A stretch of 63,367 nucleotides of DNA, the filler included, from Choristocarpus tenellus KU-1152 (lineage: Eukaryota; Protista; Phaeophyceae): assembly GCA_964200185.2 (NCBI GenBank). It is 12 parts of 12 records of this genome, joined end to end, with 100 filler letters (N's around TTAATTAATTAA, not from the genome) between each part and the next. Parts side by side here need not be neighbours in the genome. Positions count along the whole stretch, not along the records: positions 60,795 to 63,367 come from CAXNAD020026659.1; 11 more parts are not named here. One strand, written 5' to 3'. How positions within the stretch are numbered: the first letter of the stretch is position 1; each line of letters begins with the position of its first letter. The notes under the pieces were generated by a model. That model did no database searches. It was not told the origin of the DNA and saw only the letters and a list, made by a program, of their open reading frames with translations. The position numbers were made by a program, and so were the translations under genes. This document shows positions 63,342 to 63,367 of this stretch, in pieces.

Positions 63342-63367
63342 GACTCAAAGTATCTGGGGAGGGGGGG
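63342..63367 (+). mobile_element. MITE family C start at the window edge
   Basis: gactcaaagtatctggggagggggggg. Confidence 0.75.

Overview
Eukaryotic, intron-containing, transposon-rich DNA, most likely from an ochrophyte or brown alga. This is inferred from an ASAF-type bipartite plastid presequence and TTAGGG-type repeats. The window consists of 12 contigs joined by eleven 100-nt N-TTAATTAATTAA-N spacers, so adjacency across gaps is unreliable. Host genes: an AtRGS1-like 7TM gene (1038-2355), a complete 7-exon plastid BASS/SBF symporter with a remodelled Na2 site (38496-41896), the first two exons of a TauE/SafE exporter (32033-36733), and a probable divergent multi-exon hypothetical gene. 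The dominant signal is about 27 copies or ends of three related MITE families that share a G(R)NYCAAAGTATCT terminus and about 4-bp TSDs (Sola2-type). A decayed Sola2 transposase, a decayed Sola1/DUF7869-type transposase, a mariner derivative, and DIRS-, Copia- and Tc1-like relics are also present. All family assignments come from motif recognition by eye; no searches were run.
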